Shown: in pieces, positions 41,990 to 52,455 of the stretch
Layout of the letters: each line of letters begins with the position of its first letter
Numbering within the stretch: position 1 is the stretch's first letter
DNA from: a virus
Lineage: Duplodnaviria > Caudoviricetes
DNA: 64,000 bases
Reading direction: 5' to 3' (one strand)
IMG/VR virus record: IMGVR_UViG_3300025401_000012
Notes under the pieces: generated by a model
Told to the model about the DNA's origin: nothing
The model's input: only the letters and a program-made list of their open reading frames with translations
Database searches by the model: none
Position numbers and translations under genes: made by a program

Positions 41990-43450
41990 TTATTGGCTAG
42001 CAATCATGCCAAACCCATACCAAACACCAGGTGTTCCGGACACAATACAAATCCAGCCAACATAGTTGTTAGGTTGCGGATCAGTATTCCAACAGATATC
42101 ACCTTTTACAAATGTGCCAATAGTTGGCATTTGTGTACTATTAGTGAACCGTCTTCCACCTAATGCAACATCACCGTTCACACTAAATTGTAATGTTGGG
42201 TCAGGATTATTGATATTAACACTCAGAGGCCCAAATATTTTGACAGGTTTTTGTTGTTGTGTTTTATCACCTATATTAATTTGGTTTGTATCTCCATATA
42301 CAATTTCAGTATTATTAACAGTGATAGATGCATTACTTGTAGTATCAATGCCATTGCCTGTATAACGATAAGTTCCGATTGCAACATCTATGTTAACAGC
42401 AATACTAGAATTAAACAGTGCAGAACCTTGCACTACTAGTGTTTCAAGTTCTCCAACAGTGGTAAGATTACTATGTGTAATACCACTACCTAAACTAGTT
42501 TCTGCTATTACAGGTTTTCCATTTATACAATATTGTTTGTCGGAATTAATATCAATATTTTCACTAGACCATAGTCTAGTCGGACCGCTCATCATAACAA
42601 GTTGACTTGTAGTATTAGTATCAGTCCACACTAGCCCTAAACCAAAAATGCTAGTATCTTTAGTTGCACTAAATTGTAGCGGATGTGTACGATCAATTCT
42701 ATTATCAGTTACGATACTTCCTGCGCTTATAACTCCTGCGACATTTAAATTACCGGCAATATTCACTTCGCCTGTATTCTTAATAGTAATACGTGGTAAA
42801 TTATCTGTAGTAATTGCAAGATCGTGGCTACTAATAGTCCCAATAGTGGCTAAATTAATTTCAGGACTTCCAATTCCAATTTCAACATTATTATCGAGAA
42901 TAGTCAAACTTGCACTAGGATCTTCTGTACCTATGCCGATTCTGTTTAATCCGCTATTAATAAAGAAAAATTCTCCCAAGTTGGCATCGCCAGCCACACT
43001 TAGATTTGTCAATGTGCCTACACTTGTTAAACTACTAGATTTAATACTTCCGCCTAACATTCCCGCCGATAGTACAGGAATATCGTCAATAGAATAAGAC
43101 GACCCATTTGCCAAATCTAAATTAGCATTAGTCCAAAGACGATTACCAAGACGATATATTAGTTGAGTTTGTCCAAGACCATATGTCCAATTAAATCCTT
43201 TACCGTTTAATTCTGCTTCGGTATTGTAAACCCATTGTCCTACACTAGCTAGTCCACCATTGTCTGTGACTAGATTTTTAACATTAAATGTATTAGCTGT
43301 TAGTGTACCGTTTACTGACAGGTTATAGCTTACATCGAGGTTGCCGATGATATTTGTATTACCGCTATGCTGTACATCACCGCGAGTATTAACTAATGTT
43401 AAATCTGTAATGGAAACGGTAGATTCTTGTATATCAAATAATTTGGACAT
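41990..43450 (-). CDS. Putative fibre/structural protein with internal duplication
   Basis: 486 aa; two copies of G.G..W...RLW...S.LT.VG.L..L.V; C-terminal GDICWN...VGWIC...GVW module. Confidence 0.7.
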   Translation of the reverse strand: MSKLFDIQESTVSITDLTLVNTRGDVQHSGNTNIIGNLDVSYNLSVNGTLTANTFNVKNLVTDNGGLASVGQWVYNTEAELNGKGFNWTYGLGQTQLIYRLGNRLWTNANLDLANGSSYSIDDIPVLSAGMLGGSIKSSSLTSVGTLTNLSVAGDANLGEFFFINSGLNRIGIGTEDPSASLTILDNNVEIGIGSPEINLATIGTISSHDLAITTDNLPRITIKNTGEVNIAGNLNVAGVISAGSIVTDNRIDRTHPLQFSATKDTSIFGLGLVWTDTNTTSQLVMMSGPTRLWSSENIDINSDKQYCINGKPVIAETSLGSGITHSNLTTVGELETLVVQGSALFNSSIAVNIDVAIGTYRYTGNGIDTTSNASITVNNTEIVYGDTNQINIGDKTQQQKPVKIFGPLSVNINNPDPTLQFSVNGDVALGGRRFTNSTQMPTIGTFVKGDICWNTDPQPNNYVGWICIVSGTPGVWYGFGMIASQ

Positions 43451-43485
43451 GGATAAAATACTCTCTTATGGAGTATTTATCCATG
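43448..43485 (-). promoter_or_regulatory. Late promoter GATAAATA embedded in a 15-bp hairpin that pairs with the start codon
   Basis: Arms catggataaaatactc (43448-43463) and gagtatttatccatg (43471-43485), one bulge; TAAATA at 43474-43479. Confidence 0.7.
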
Positions 43486-43497
43486 ATTTGATAACTG

Positions 43498-44667
43498 TTA
43501 TTGTACTTTTAACAGTACAATTTCCTCATTAATACGTCCGTTCATTCGAGTATCTGTAGCATTGATGGTATCTAAGAACTTGCGTAGTTGTACTTTACCA
43601 GCTGCTTTGAATTCTTTAAGTTTTTCATCTGGTTTGCGCAGAGTCTTACAAATACTGAGATTCTCGCTAAAACCGGTAATTGTAGTACCTTTGATACTTA
43701 AATCTTTGTATTCTTCTGCAACATATCGACCCAATTTACGGGTCTTAGTATTGTAAACCCAAAGTTCCTTGCTACCAATAATATCAGTAGGATTGATACT
43801 AACCAATTTCAAAGGCTCGTTACTCTTCATATATTTCAATTTGGCAACAATCTTATCTTTTGGCACAGACTTAGTCTTACGGGGTTTGCGATTAACTTTA
43901 GCTTCTTGTGCCAACATATCACACGCACTCATAATCTCTTGATAAAATGCAATCAAATTACGAATTTGTTTCTTTGTACGATGGCTGTAGCCCTCTTTAA
44001 GCTGTTCATCTGCATTACCGCTAGCTAACTCTAGTAGTTCGTCTAAATCCCTTGTATAGAGGGTTTTAATGACTCTAGCATGGGCGGCTTTGACCTCTTT
44101 TCCTTTGAGCAAGTTAAGCATTTTAAATGCTTTTGGATCAAAGTTTTCTGGATCTTCTTGGAAACCTTCTATAGCATCTTCGATTTCTTCAGTCATTCGA
44201 AAAGCTGTTTCACGCAACCGATCTTGGATGCTAGGTTGAGCTACTACAGGTTTAGCCAATTCAGCTATTTTATTAGCTTCTTCGTCGATGTCGTTTTTAC
44301 CTGCTTCGATTACTTGCACAATTTCGTTACGCAACCACGCAGATGCATCGCGGCCTTTATTAAAATCTGCACGAACAGCCGGCATACCGCGAAGTAAGCA
44401 ACTGGCAATAGCACCCATTGTAACATTACAACGACCATCTTTGGTTTTCTTAAAAGCTGTAATATCTTCTTTAGTACACCCAACCGACTGCATCCATTTG
44501 AGCACAGCTGGTTTCAAATCTTTGCCCGAAAACTCCAAACGATAGTAAGCAGTTGCAGAATGAAATTTTTGTAGAAATTCTGCTTCTGTCCAAGTTTCAT
44601 GTCCTTCCCAAACTGGACTATGATCTTTTGGTACCCGTGAACGAGTTGCTGTAGCTGTTTTAGCCAA
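43498..44667 (-). CDS. Hypothetical early/middle protein (TTG start)
   Basis: 389 aa, AGGAG RBS; C-terminal LWVYNTKTRKLG...KTLRKP segment typical of large myophages. Confidence 0.8.
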   Translation of the reverse strand: MAKTATATRSRVPKDHSPVWEGHETWTEAEFLQKFHSATAYYRLEFSGKDLKPAVLKWMQSVGCTKEDITAFKKTKDGRCNVTMGAIASCLLRGMPAVRADFNKGRDASAWLRNEIVQVIEAGKNDIDEEANKIAELAKPVVAQPSIQDRLRETAFRMTEEIEDAIEGFQEDPENFDPKAFKMLNLLKGKEVKAAHARVIKTLYTRDLDELLELASGNADEQLKEGYSHRTKKQIRNLIAFYQEIMSACDMLAQEAKVNRKPRKTKSVPKDKIVAKLKYMKSNEPLKLVSINPTDIIGSKELWVYNTKTRKLGRYVAEEYKDLSIKGTTITGFSENLSICKTLRKPDEKLKEFKAAGKVQLRKFLDTINATDTRMNGRINEEIVLLKVQ

Positions 44668-44682
44668 TTTCTGCTCCTGTTT

Positions 44683-44727
44683 TATTTAACATGTATATAT
44701 TATACTATCGAAGATACAAGAAGTCAA
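44683..44727 (-). promoter_or_regulatory. Sigma70-type promoter TTGACT-N17-TATAAT plus downstream TAAATA motif
   Basis: -35 at 44722-44727, -10 at 44699-44704, TTAAATA at 44683-44689. Confidence 0.8.
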
Positions 44728-44762
44728 CTGTTCATTGTGTTGTGTTTTTGCAACACAATAAC

Positions 44763-45890
44763 TTAATTTTGATCAAAATATTTAGGGTCTAGATCGTATA
44801 GTCTACTTAAACTTTTACGCCAATTATTGCCTCTTATAGCATCTAATTTATTTAATCTGTCAATCCACGATAACGATGTCTCGTTGTTTTCCATAATTGA
44901 ATTAATTAACGTAACTATTGACCACTTAGCATCTGAATCTGGCAATGATATAATATATGAGTGTAGCATATTAAAATGTTGTTTTGGAAAATTTAAAGTC
45001 GATAGTTCTCCCCATACATTTTGATTCATGAATACTTTATAGTTATTGTCTAAACCCCATTGAATTAAATCGCCAACATACAGAATATTATGTATGCCTA
45101 TTGATGCACCTATCCTTAGAATAATATTATTTAAACCAGAATTTTGGTAGCTTAATAAATTCTGTTCAACTTCTAACCAATTTGCTCCGTATCGTGTGTA
45201 TTCAAAACATTCCCCAATAGCATCGATACTAATATTAAATGCTACTTCGTAAAAATTTTTCCAAATATTAATCATCTCTTCGGTGAATCTAAAAGTACCA
45301 TTAATTGAATATAGCACTCTTATAGTAGACGGATCTCGATGATTTTTAAGTATATGATTAAGAACATTAATATGATCGCGAGTCATTAAAGGTTCTCCGC
45401 CATTAAAATAGATTTGTTTTACATGACTCACATCGATATTTTCAAATAATTTATTATTTTTTGTTTTTTTAATATTTGTATTTTGTACGTTTCTCCAGCC
45501 TAGTTTAAGTTCATCTTCTAACCAAGCCGAGCTATAATGACCTCCGCACATTATACATTTTAAATTACAAATATTGTCGCAGTTATAATCTAATTTTTCT
45601 AATTGTACTTTGATTGGATATTCAGTTAATAATGGCCATCTAGAAGTTCTTTGGTTAGGAGATCCTATTTTTTCTGAATCTTTACAATACTTACATTCAT
45701 TAGGTAATTCTCCGGTGTTTAAATAAAACTGTCTAGATTTTTCTAAATGTGAATGATCCATGCTAATCGTAGATAATGGTTCACTTAATTTTGCTACACA
45801 ACAATGAGCAATTCTTGTAGTATTTTGATCTTCTTTTTCTAAAAAAAGTCCAGTAAAAAGATCCGGGCAATAGTTTTTATTATTTTGCAT
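44763..45890 (-). CDS. Radical SAM protein with N-terminal Cys (twitch/SPASM-like) domain, subfamily A
   Basis: CNLKCIMC, NGGEP; N-terminal C...CC...CKYC. Confidence 0.88.
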   Translation of the reverse strand: MQNNKNYCPDLFTGLFLEKEDQNTTRIAHCCVAKLSEPLSTISMDHSHLEKSRQFYLNTGELPNECKYCKDSEKIGSPNQRTSRWPLLTEYPIKVQLEKLDYNCDNICNLKCIMCGGHYSSAWLEDELKLGWRNVQNTNIKKTKNNKLFENIDVSHVKQIYFNGGEPLMTRDHINVLNHILKNHRDPSTIRVLYSINGTFRFTEEMINIWKNFYEVAFNISIDAIGECFEYTRYGANWLEVEQNLLSYQNSGLNNIILRIGASIGIHNILYVGDLIQWGLDNNYKVFMNQNVWGELSTLNFPKQHFNMLHSYIISLPDSDAKWSIVTLINSIMENNETSLSWIDRLNKLDAIRGNNWRKSLSRLYDLDPKYFDQN

Positions 45891-45898
45891 GTAAGTAA

Positions 45899-46612
45899 TT
45901 AAGATTTAATTAATTTTTTAAAGCTATTTGCTACCAATTTATTAAAAAACAACTTAGGAGCACCATGAGAAATTATGTGAATTCTTGGAGTATTGCTATT
46001 ATTCCAAACACTATGTAAATTTCCTATATCTACTAAACACGAATTTCCTGTTTCTTCAAAAGGAACGTATCCTTTACCCTCCATATTAAAAATACATCCT
46101 TTGGGATTATTCAATGCAATATTAATAGGAGAGAGAAAATGTTCACTTCTGTCTCGGTGTGGTAGTATGTATCCCTGTGGATCTAGCCACATAAATCTTA
46201 TTCGCTGAGTTGGTGTGTGTGGGAAAAAATTTTTAAAATATTCTGTAGTGACAGGGCATAAATCGGCTACTTTAGTCCATTTATATTCAATATCTTCCAT
46301 ACGTTTATTTGCATTTTCAGGGTAGGCAGTATAATAATCTGTTTTATTCCATTCTTCCCCGTAAATACAAAGGCTTTTCCAACCTAAACTATCTGGACTC
46401 CTGTGTACTATAAACATATCTTTTATAGCAAGGGCTTCTTCAAGCATTTCCTTATAAGGAACATTTGGCAAATCTAGTGGAAGATACGGCCAACCACTGT
46501 TATGAATGATCCAATGCCCTAGTTGCTCATCCTCAAAATTAGGTACTATTTGATTTTTAAAATCAAATGTCCAAGGAGCCTCTTGAAAAAAATCTACAAT
46601 TTTATTATTCAT
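45899..46612 (-). CDS. 2OG-Fe(II) oxygenase, Asp/Asn beta-hydroxylase-like
   Basis: RIRFMWLDPQGYILPHRD (HxD), INIALNNP, HSVWN...PRIHII; start moved to ATG 46612 (ATGA overlap). Confidence 0.75.
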   Translation of the reverse strand: MNNKIVDFFQEAPWTFDFKNQIVPNFEDEQLGHWIIHNSGWPYLPLDLPNVPYKEMLEEALAIKDMFIVHRSPDSLGWKSLCIYGEEWNKTDYYTAYPENANKRMEDIEYKWTKVADLCPVTTEYFKNFFPHTPTQRIRFMWLDPQGYILPHRDRSEHFLSPINIALNNPKGCIFNMEGKGYVPFEETGNSCLVDIGNLHSVWNNSNTPRIHIISHGAPKLFFNKLVANSFKKLIKS

Positions 46613-47997
46613 CGAATAACACCGTAATGTGTCCAAGCAGAATTTGCCGCATTATCGCATCCGCCTAGATGTATACTTTGATTGTTTTCTATTAGATCTT
46701 TTAAAAAGTTTTTATATAAAGATTTTAATGCTGAAGGGGAAAAATTTCTAATACTTGCTGGAGTATAAAAACTATTGCTAAACCATATAAAATTATTACC
46801 AGAGTGGGATTGCATATCTGTTATCATTTCGCGATAATTTCCAAATAAATCAATATGCATATACTTGTGCGGCAATTTTTTATATTGATTCCATGTATCT
46901 AACCACAACGTTTGCCCACCAAACATATCAATAGTTTTATCCCATTCCGGTGTAAAATCTCTGTTTGGCAACCAGTTAGGTCTGAATGTAGAATCGATTT
47001 GTTTGTACTCGTTAATTTTTTCTAAGTAATTTGTACCGTCCCATGTTTCTACCAACCATTTTTTAAAATTTAACGCAGATTGCGAATAATCAATGTATAC
47101 CACTCTAGCAGATTTCCAGTCGGTTTTAGTTAATATTTGTATAGGTTTAAATCCGGCGGCAACGGCATATAATGTATCTAGTTTTGTATCTTGATTATAT
47201 GCAAGATTTGGTAAGTTAACTGGATCATTATTGAATACAAAAACAAGTGTGGTTACATTTTTATCAAAATTAGTCTCTTCTAGATATCGATATTGTCCGC
47301 CAGTAGGGCCAACTGGTTCAACAGTTATATTTTTTTCACCATTTAATATTCTTTCAAATCGAGTATCTTCTATATCTGGATATAAATGATATTTTTGATC
47401 TCGTACTTGCCTACTAAAATTACCTACAGCATGCCCTGAGGACAAAATAGAAGAAATAAAATCTGCTCCAGGACGTAATGAACCGTTATAAACTTGACTT
47501 GTATTTGTTGGTTTTAAATATGTTGGGGTATAATCGTCGTGAATATCTTCATTACTACGATCAGGTAATGCTAACATTTCTGAATTTGCTGTTCTGTAAT
47601 TTCCAAATACAGGACATCCTATTTCCTGCCATGTTTTAATATTAACATACAGTGCTTGATCGTGCAAATAAAAATATCCAGAAGGTTTATCTTCTAAAAT
47701 ATGTCCCACAAATGCATAGTTATTTTCCTGTGCTTCTTTTATTATTTGATGAACAAGCATGGGAGAATGTGACTGATATCCTAACGCAACTAAAAATAAA
47801 TGATCGGTATTCTGTGTCAATGCATCTGTCATTATCTTAGTAATATCATCCCCTTCTATTAAAATAGTTTCAGTGAAATTATTTCTACTATTGTTTAACG
47901 ATATATTAATACTGAATAAAGTTATATCTTTAACATGTTCTCGATAAGAAGATGATTTATGATTTAGCTGATTATATAATCCAAATGCTATTTTCAT
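46609..47997 (-). CDS. Two-domain hypothetical enzyme (possible GT-A-like N-half and SAM-binding Rossmann-like C-half)
   Basis: VGHILED...YLHDQALYVN and LYAVAAGFKP...VVYIDYS; start moved to ATG 47997 (ATGA overlap). The CDS is well supported; the function is weak. Confidence 0.6.
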   Translation of the reverse strand: MKIAFGLYNQLNHKSSSYREHVKDITLFSINISLNNSRNNFTETILIEGDDITKIMTDALTQNTDHLFLVALGYQSHSPMLVHQIIKEAQENNYAFVGHILEDKPSGYFYLHDQALYVNIKTWQEIGCPVFGNYRTANSEMLALPDRSNEDIHDDYTPTYLKPTNTSQVYNGSLRPGADFISSILSSGHAVGNFSRQVRDQKYHLYPDIEDTRFERILNGEKNITVEPVGPTGGQYRYLEETNFDKNVTTLVFVFNNDPVNLPNLAYNQDTKLDTLYAVAAGFKPIQILTKTDWKSARVVYIDYSQSALNFKKWLVETWDGTNYLEKINEYKQIDSTFRPNWLPNRDFTPEWDKTIDMFGGQTLWLDTWNQYKKLPHKYMHIDLFGNYREMITDMQSHSGNNFIWFSNSFYTPASIRNFSPSALKSLYKNFLKDLIENNQSIHLGGCDNAANSAWTHYGVIR

Positions 47998-48932
47998 CGA
48001 TTTTTCCAAATTACAATACTATCTAGTTCAACTGAATCTACAGTAGCATCAATTAATGATAACCAATCTATCAATTCTAAATCTAAAATATCCCCGATCG
48101 GGAATCGATTTACTGGTTTTCCGGATTCTAAATGTTGTTGGGTCCAGCTTGGATTTTCCATTACAGTTGCAAATATCATATGGGGATCTAACATAATATT
48201 AGGAGTCATGAATAAATTGCCAGTACAATCATTTGCAGATAGGTCGTCGTGTTCTAACCATGATTTAATTTGATCTTTGCCCTGTATATCCTCAGATAAC
48301 CATACGGTATGATGGAACCCATTTGTTTCAGGATTAAATATTCTATCAGTCAATCTAAGTTCGGCCCCATTACCAAATAGTGCATCTTTATTTTTAAATT
48401 CTTTACTGTCAGTGCATGCAATAAAATGAAACCATTTTCCTTTTATTAAATTAACGTTTTCAAGATAGCAATATGTAGATCTTTCTAGATCGTGTGTATT
48501 TTGATTTAATATGTTTACAGCTTTAAATGTATCTTCGCTAGTAAAACCTGTCGGCACAGGCATTCTACCAGAGTACCACTCTGTCGATTGGGTAGTAAAA
48601 TGTCGATGCCATGTATTTAAATGGGATTGTCTTAATTCAGTTGGATTTTTAATTAAATATTTCAGATCCGATAATTCTGTTGTATAATCTAATCCTAGAT
48701 TATTATGTAAAAAATTAAATCCATCATACAACCCTTGCAATAGTTCAACTGGAGCATCCATGTAATGTACTGCTTTGCACCCACCGATTCTTAAATTCCA
48801 ACCAATATCAGGCAATCTTTTAGATAATGCCAGCATATAATTTTTCCATTCTAATGCAAAATCTGTATCTAATAACTGCACATTAATTTTAGTTGTGCTA
48901 TTATCTTTACGTGTAAGATTATACGTTAACAT
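47994..48932 (-). CDS. Hypothetical protein
   Basis: 312-aa ORF overlapping both neighbours. Confidence 0.75.
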   Translation of the reverse strand: MLTYNLTRKDNSTTKINVQLLDTDFALEWKNYMLALSKRLPDIGWNLRIGGCKAVHYMDAPVELLQGLYDGFNFLHNNLGLDYTTELSDLKYLIKNPTELRQSHLNTWHRHFTTQSTEWYSGRMPVPTGFTSEDTFKAVNILNQNTHDLERSTYCYLENVNLIKGKWFHFIACTDSKEFKNKDALFGNGAELRLTDRIFNPETNGFHHTVWLSEDIQGKDQIKSWLEHDDLSANDCTGNLFMTPNIMLDPHMIFATVMENPSWTQQHLESGKPVNRFPIGDILDLELIDWLSLIDATVDSVELDSIVIWKNR

Positions 48933-50103
48933 CTACTATTTCCTTTATTGGTATAAATTTACTTAGAATTGGGATAGATTTAAGCAAACTTTCTTTTCTA
49001 TATATATCTGTATTATATAACATGTTCAAATTTTTTTTAATTTGTTCTTTGGAACTAGACCGACTATCCATAAAATTTAAAATACCGAGCATGGTATTTT
49101 TATATTTTTCACTCCATGAGTAAGTTTTCCATCTTTCTCTTATCTCTTTTTTTAATGATGCAGGAGCAGACCATAATGCCATATGTTCTGGCGAGTGTAC
49201 TATATTATTCCAGATAGAAAACTTTGGAAACTCTGTTTTAATTAATTCATGTACTGCGGGTGCTTCTAATGCATTTAACCAACTTATAGTAAAGTTAATT
49301 TGTATATTAATGCGATCGGCATATTCATAATATTGTTTCATATTGTGATATGTTTCTAGCCATTTTCCAGGATGTCTTAAATATTCATACGTTGCACCGA
49401 TACCATCGATGCTCAGCCCTATTCCAACAGATTTAAAACTAGTAGCAATTCTCTCTAATAACTCGGGAAAAAATAATGTGCAGTTGGTAGTCAGTGTTAG
49501 GTCGATATTTTTACTGTATCCCATATCGATTAATTCAGTTAATATAATATGCCATTGCTTAACATAAAATGGTTCACCACCGACTATTTCTAATCTAGTG
49601 AGTTTCCTGTACCAGTTATGTCTTTCGGTCCAAAGTTTTCCCATTTCATCCCCGCTTTGCCCTAATGGCATAGGATAACCATTGTTACCGGTTAAAATTT
49701 TAATTTCGTGTTGCCATTGGGTGCTATGACTTGGTGTACAACTACGGCATTTTAAATTGCAACTATTGTTAATAATTAACTGTAGTTCAGAAACACCCGA
49801 AGGCTCCTCCTCCCAATTTATAAGATCTTTTCGAATATTAGTATTATAAATTAATCTTTTACTTTGATACCCGTTATCCTCATCGGCCCAACACGTACTA
49901 CATTCTTCCGGGCGTTCATTACGTCTAAAACGATTACGCAAGTCCTTCATAAAACTACTATGCAATATTTCATCGGGAGTGCTAGTCTGCACATACATAT
50001 TATCTATGTAGCCTTTATATAAGCAACACGGTTGTGCTCTGCCATCTGGTTCATTACTAAACCCAGTCCACGGTATACTACATAGATTGCTAGGACAAGT
50101 CAT
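48919..50103 (-). CDS. Radical SAM protein, subfamily A
   Basis: CSIPW...PCC...CSTC; CNLKCRSC; VGGEP. Confidence 0.9.
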   Translation of the reverse strand: MTCPSNLCSIPWTGFSNEPDGRAQPCCLYKGYIDNMYVQTSTPDEILHSSFMKDLRNRFRRNERPEECSTCWADEDNGYQSKRLIYNTNIRKDLINWEEEPSGVSELQLIINNSCNLKCRSCTPSHSTQWQHEIKILTGNNGYPMPLGQSGDEMGKLWTERHNWYRKLTRLEIVGGEPFYVKQWHIILTELIDMGYSKNIDLTLTTNCTLFFPELLERIATSFKSVGIGLSIDGIGATYEYLRHPGKWLETYHNMKQYYEYADRINIQINFTISWLNALEAPAVHELIKTEFPKFSIWNNIVHSPEHMALWSAPASLKKEIRERWKTYSWSEKYKNTMLGILNFMDSRSSSKEQIKKNLNMLYNTDIYRKESLLKSIPILSKFIPIKEIVDVNV

Positions 50104-51329
50104 CTTTTACCTATTTCCATTGCTAAGTTAACTGATTTGTGTCTACGCTTACAGTATTGATCAAAAAATATATCTGAATCTTTTCTATATTCGGCATGTT
50201 TATTGTTTGTTAGTTTTGGATCTAACATATTTAAAATTCTAGGTATAACTTTCAATTCGGAGTCTGTTAGTTTATGTTCAATTGACGAAAAGAAATTAAT
50301 ATATTTTTTTTGATAAAATGTACGTTCGACATAGGATAAACATGCAAGACTTTGAAATTCTGGATATGTGGCAAAATTTATCGATATATATGGACGTTTA
50401 GTAATATTAAGAATATCTATATATAATTGATCTAATCCTATCAATGCTAATGCAGTTATAGTTGTACTAATACTAATATTAGCAGTTGTTTCGGCACAGA
50501 CACGTGATACATTGTCGAGCCACTGATTATATATCATGCCATCTCGGATGAATTCGGCAACGTCTCCTGCTGTTTCGTTACTTATGTTTATACGTACATT
50601 TGATAATTTATTAACACTATTAATGAACCTATCTATTATTGTCGGTTTTTGACATAAATTTGTGTGTATAACACATTCTATATTGGGATTGATTTGTCTT
50701 ATTTTTTCAAATGTTTTAAATGTATCTTCGTGCAATAACGGCTCGCCACCAGTTATCCGTATACTTTCTAACTCATCAGCTGATTCGTCAAACCAATTCC
50801 AAAACAAATCCATATCAACTGGAATATTATTATCTATTCCTCGTTGATAATGTAATTTTTTATCTGTTGTTAAACCGTTATAATTCCCATAACGATTGAT
50901 ATCGTTTTTCCATTCAGTACTAAAACTAGGACTACAATAACTACATGCTAAATTACATGTATTTTGAAATGCAAGTTCTAATGCTTTAGGTTTAAAAATA
51001 AAACTACGATTTAGGTAATCCTTAGCTTCGAGTGAATTTTTAAATGATAATGATTTTAATTCTCTGTCACTTGTTATTCCTTGATCTTCTAAATTCCAAC
51101 AGTAGTTACATTCGCTAGGCTTTTCACCCGATAACATTCTGTTTTGTTGATCTCGTTTGTCAGTCGGATTAAAAAATGTTACTAAACTTTCGCCAGGAGT
51201 GACCATAGGCGTATGATGGCATCCTGCCAACTTACTAGCATATAGCCAAATAGTAGCCTCGTGAAATTTAGCCAAGCATATTGTATTGCTAGTATTTTTT
51301 TTAATATTATTTAAAATTTCTTTATTCAT
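50100..51329 (-). CDS. Radical SAM protein, subfamily B
   Basis: CLAKF...GCHH...CNYC; CNLACSYC; TGGEP. Confidence 0.9.
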   Translation of the reverse strand: MNKEILNNIKKNTSNTICLAKFHEATIWLYASKLAGCHHTPMVTPGESLVTFFNPTDKRDQQNRMLSGEKPSECNYCWNLEDQGITSDRELKSLSFKNSLEAKDYLNRSFIFKPKALELAFQNTCNLACSYCSPSFSTEWKNDINRYGNYNGLTTDKKLHYQRGIDNNIPVDMDLFWNWFDESADELESIRITGGEPLLHEDTFKTFEKIRQINPNIECVIHTNLCQKPTIIDRFINSVNKLSNVRINISNETAGDVAEFIRDGMIYNQWLDNVSRVCAETTANISISTTITALALIGLDQLYIDILNITKRPYISINFATYPEFQSLACLSYVERTFYQKKYINFFSSIEHKLTDSELKVIPRILNMLDPKLTNNKHAEYRKDSDIFFDQYCKRRHKSVNLAMEIGKR

Positions 51330-52455
51330 TTGAATTTAAAATTTGAAATATTTCAGGAAATGTTTTTTCAAAATTTGTATTTCGAATATTATCTAAACTT
51401 TTTAACATTGTTAATGTTTTTTTAGAAGTTAAGTTAGGTTCTAAATAACTTTCTACAGAAGATTTATACTCATTTTTGATTGTATTCAAATTAACAACAC
51501 CTAACGGCACTAGTTGATCTATTAAATTAATGTTTCGCAACAATATTTTTAATTTTTGATTAGTATTCAGAACATCCACAGAGTAGTATGAAGGGCCAAT
51601 CAGCTTAGTCATAGCTAGTGTACAATTATTTAAATTATTATTACACCAATTACAAAATTCATAAAAATAATATACATTCATTACTGATAGTGTATAGTGA
51701 ATATAAAAATAAAAATTATTATTTTCTGGTTTTAAATTACTATATTTTATTAAATTATTTTTTAATTCACTCCAATCGCTACCATAACGTAAGTAATCAT
51801 TTTTTTCTTCAATGCTATCGATACTTACTCCTATAGTAATACGTTTAAATTTTGTAAAATAATAATTTATATTTTTCAATACAGTTGTACCATTTGTTAT
51901 AAAGGACAAAGAAATATTATCTACATTTGTTAATGTGGTCAGCCAATCAACAAAATCTATAACAGCTGGGTTAATAGTAGGTTCGCCTCCGTAAAAGGTT
52001 ATAAGAACAGGGTTGTTAGCTGTTTTTATTATATTTTTACAGATTTCTAATTTGATAGGACCCTGTTCAGTCAATTTGTTATAAACTTTTCTCTCGTCTG
52101 GATTTATAAAATTTAATTTTACAGCATCGCCTATCCACTGAGAGCTTGCTTCGACATTACAAGTTGTGCATTTTAAATTACATAAATTATCAACACATAA
52201 TGATATATCAATTACATTTTCAACAAAATTCATACGATGGGATATTGCAGATCCTGAATTTTCTAAATCGATACAATATTTACACCCCGATTCGACATCG
52301 AATTTTTCTAATTCTTTTTTATATAAATTCCAATTTTGTAAAATATTTAACGGCAATTTATGTTTAAAATAGCAACAAGGCGTAACATTATTGTGTGTAT
52401 CGATGTATACAGAATTTTTATAAGCGTTGCATTCTTTGAATCTAGTTAAATCCAT
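51322..52455 (-). CDS. Radical SAM protein, subfamily A (very AT-rich)
   Basis: C...PCC...CKYC; CNLKCTTC; YGGEP. Confidence 0.88.
   Translation of the reverse strand: MDLTRFKECNAYKNSVYIDTHNNVTPCCYFKHKLPLNILQNWNLYKKELEKFDVESGCKYCIDLENSGSAISHRMNFVENVIDISLCVDNLCNLKCTTCNVEASSQWIGDAVKLNFINPDERKVYNKLTEQGPIKLEICKNIIKTANNPVLITFYGGEPTINPAVIDFVDWLTTLTNVDNISLSFITNGTTVLKNINYYFTKFKRITIGVSIDSIEEKNDYLRYGSDWSELKNNLIKYSNLKPENNNFYFYIHYTLSVMNVYYFYEFCNWCNNNLNNCTLAMTKLIGPSYYSVDVLNTNQKLKILLRNINLIDQLVPLGVVNLNTIKNEYKSSVESYLEPNLTSKKTLTMLKSLDNIRNTNFEKTFPEIFQILNSNE

Noticed and set aside
44734-44759. Hairpin attgtgttg/caacacaat just after the radical SAM operon
   Set aside because: It has no U tract on the coding strand, so it cannot be called an intrinsic terminator; it may be an RNA-stabilising or processing stem.
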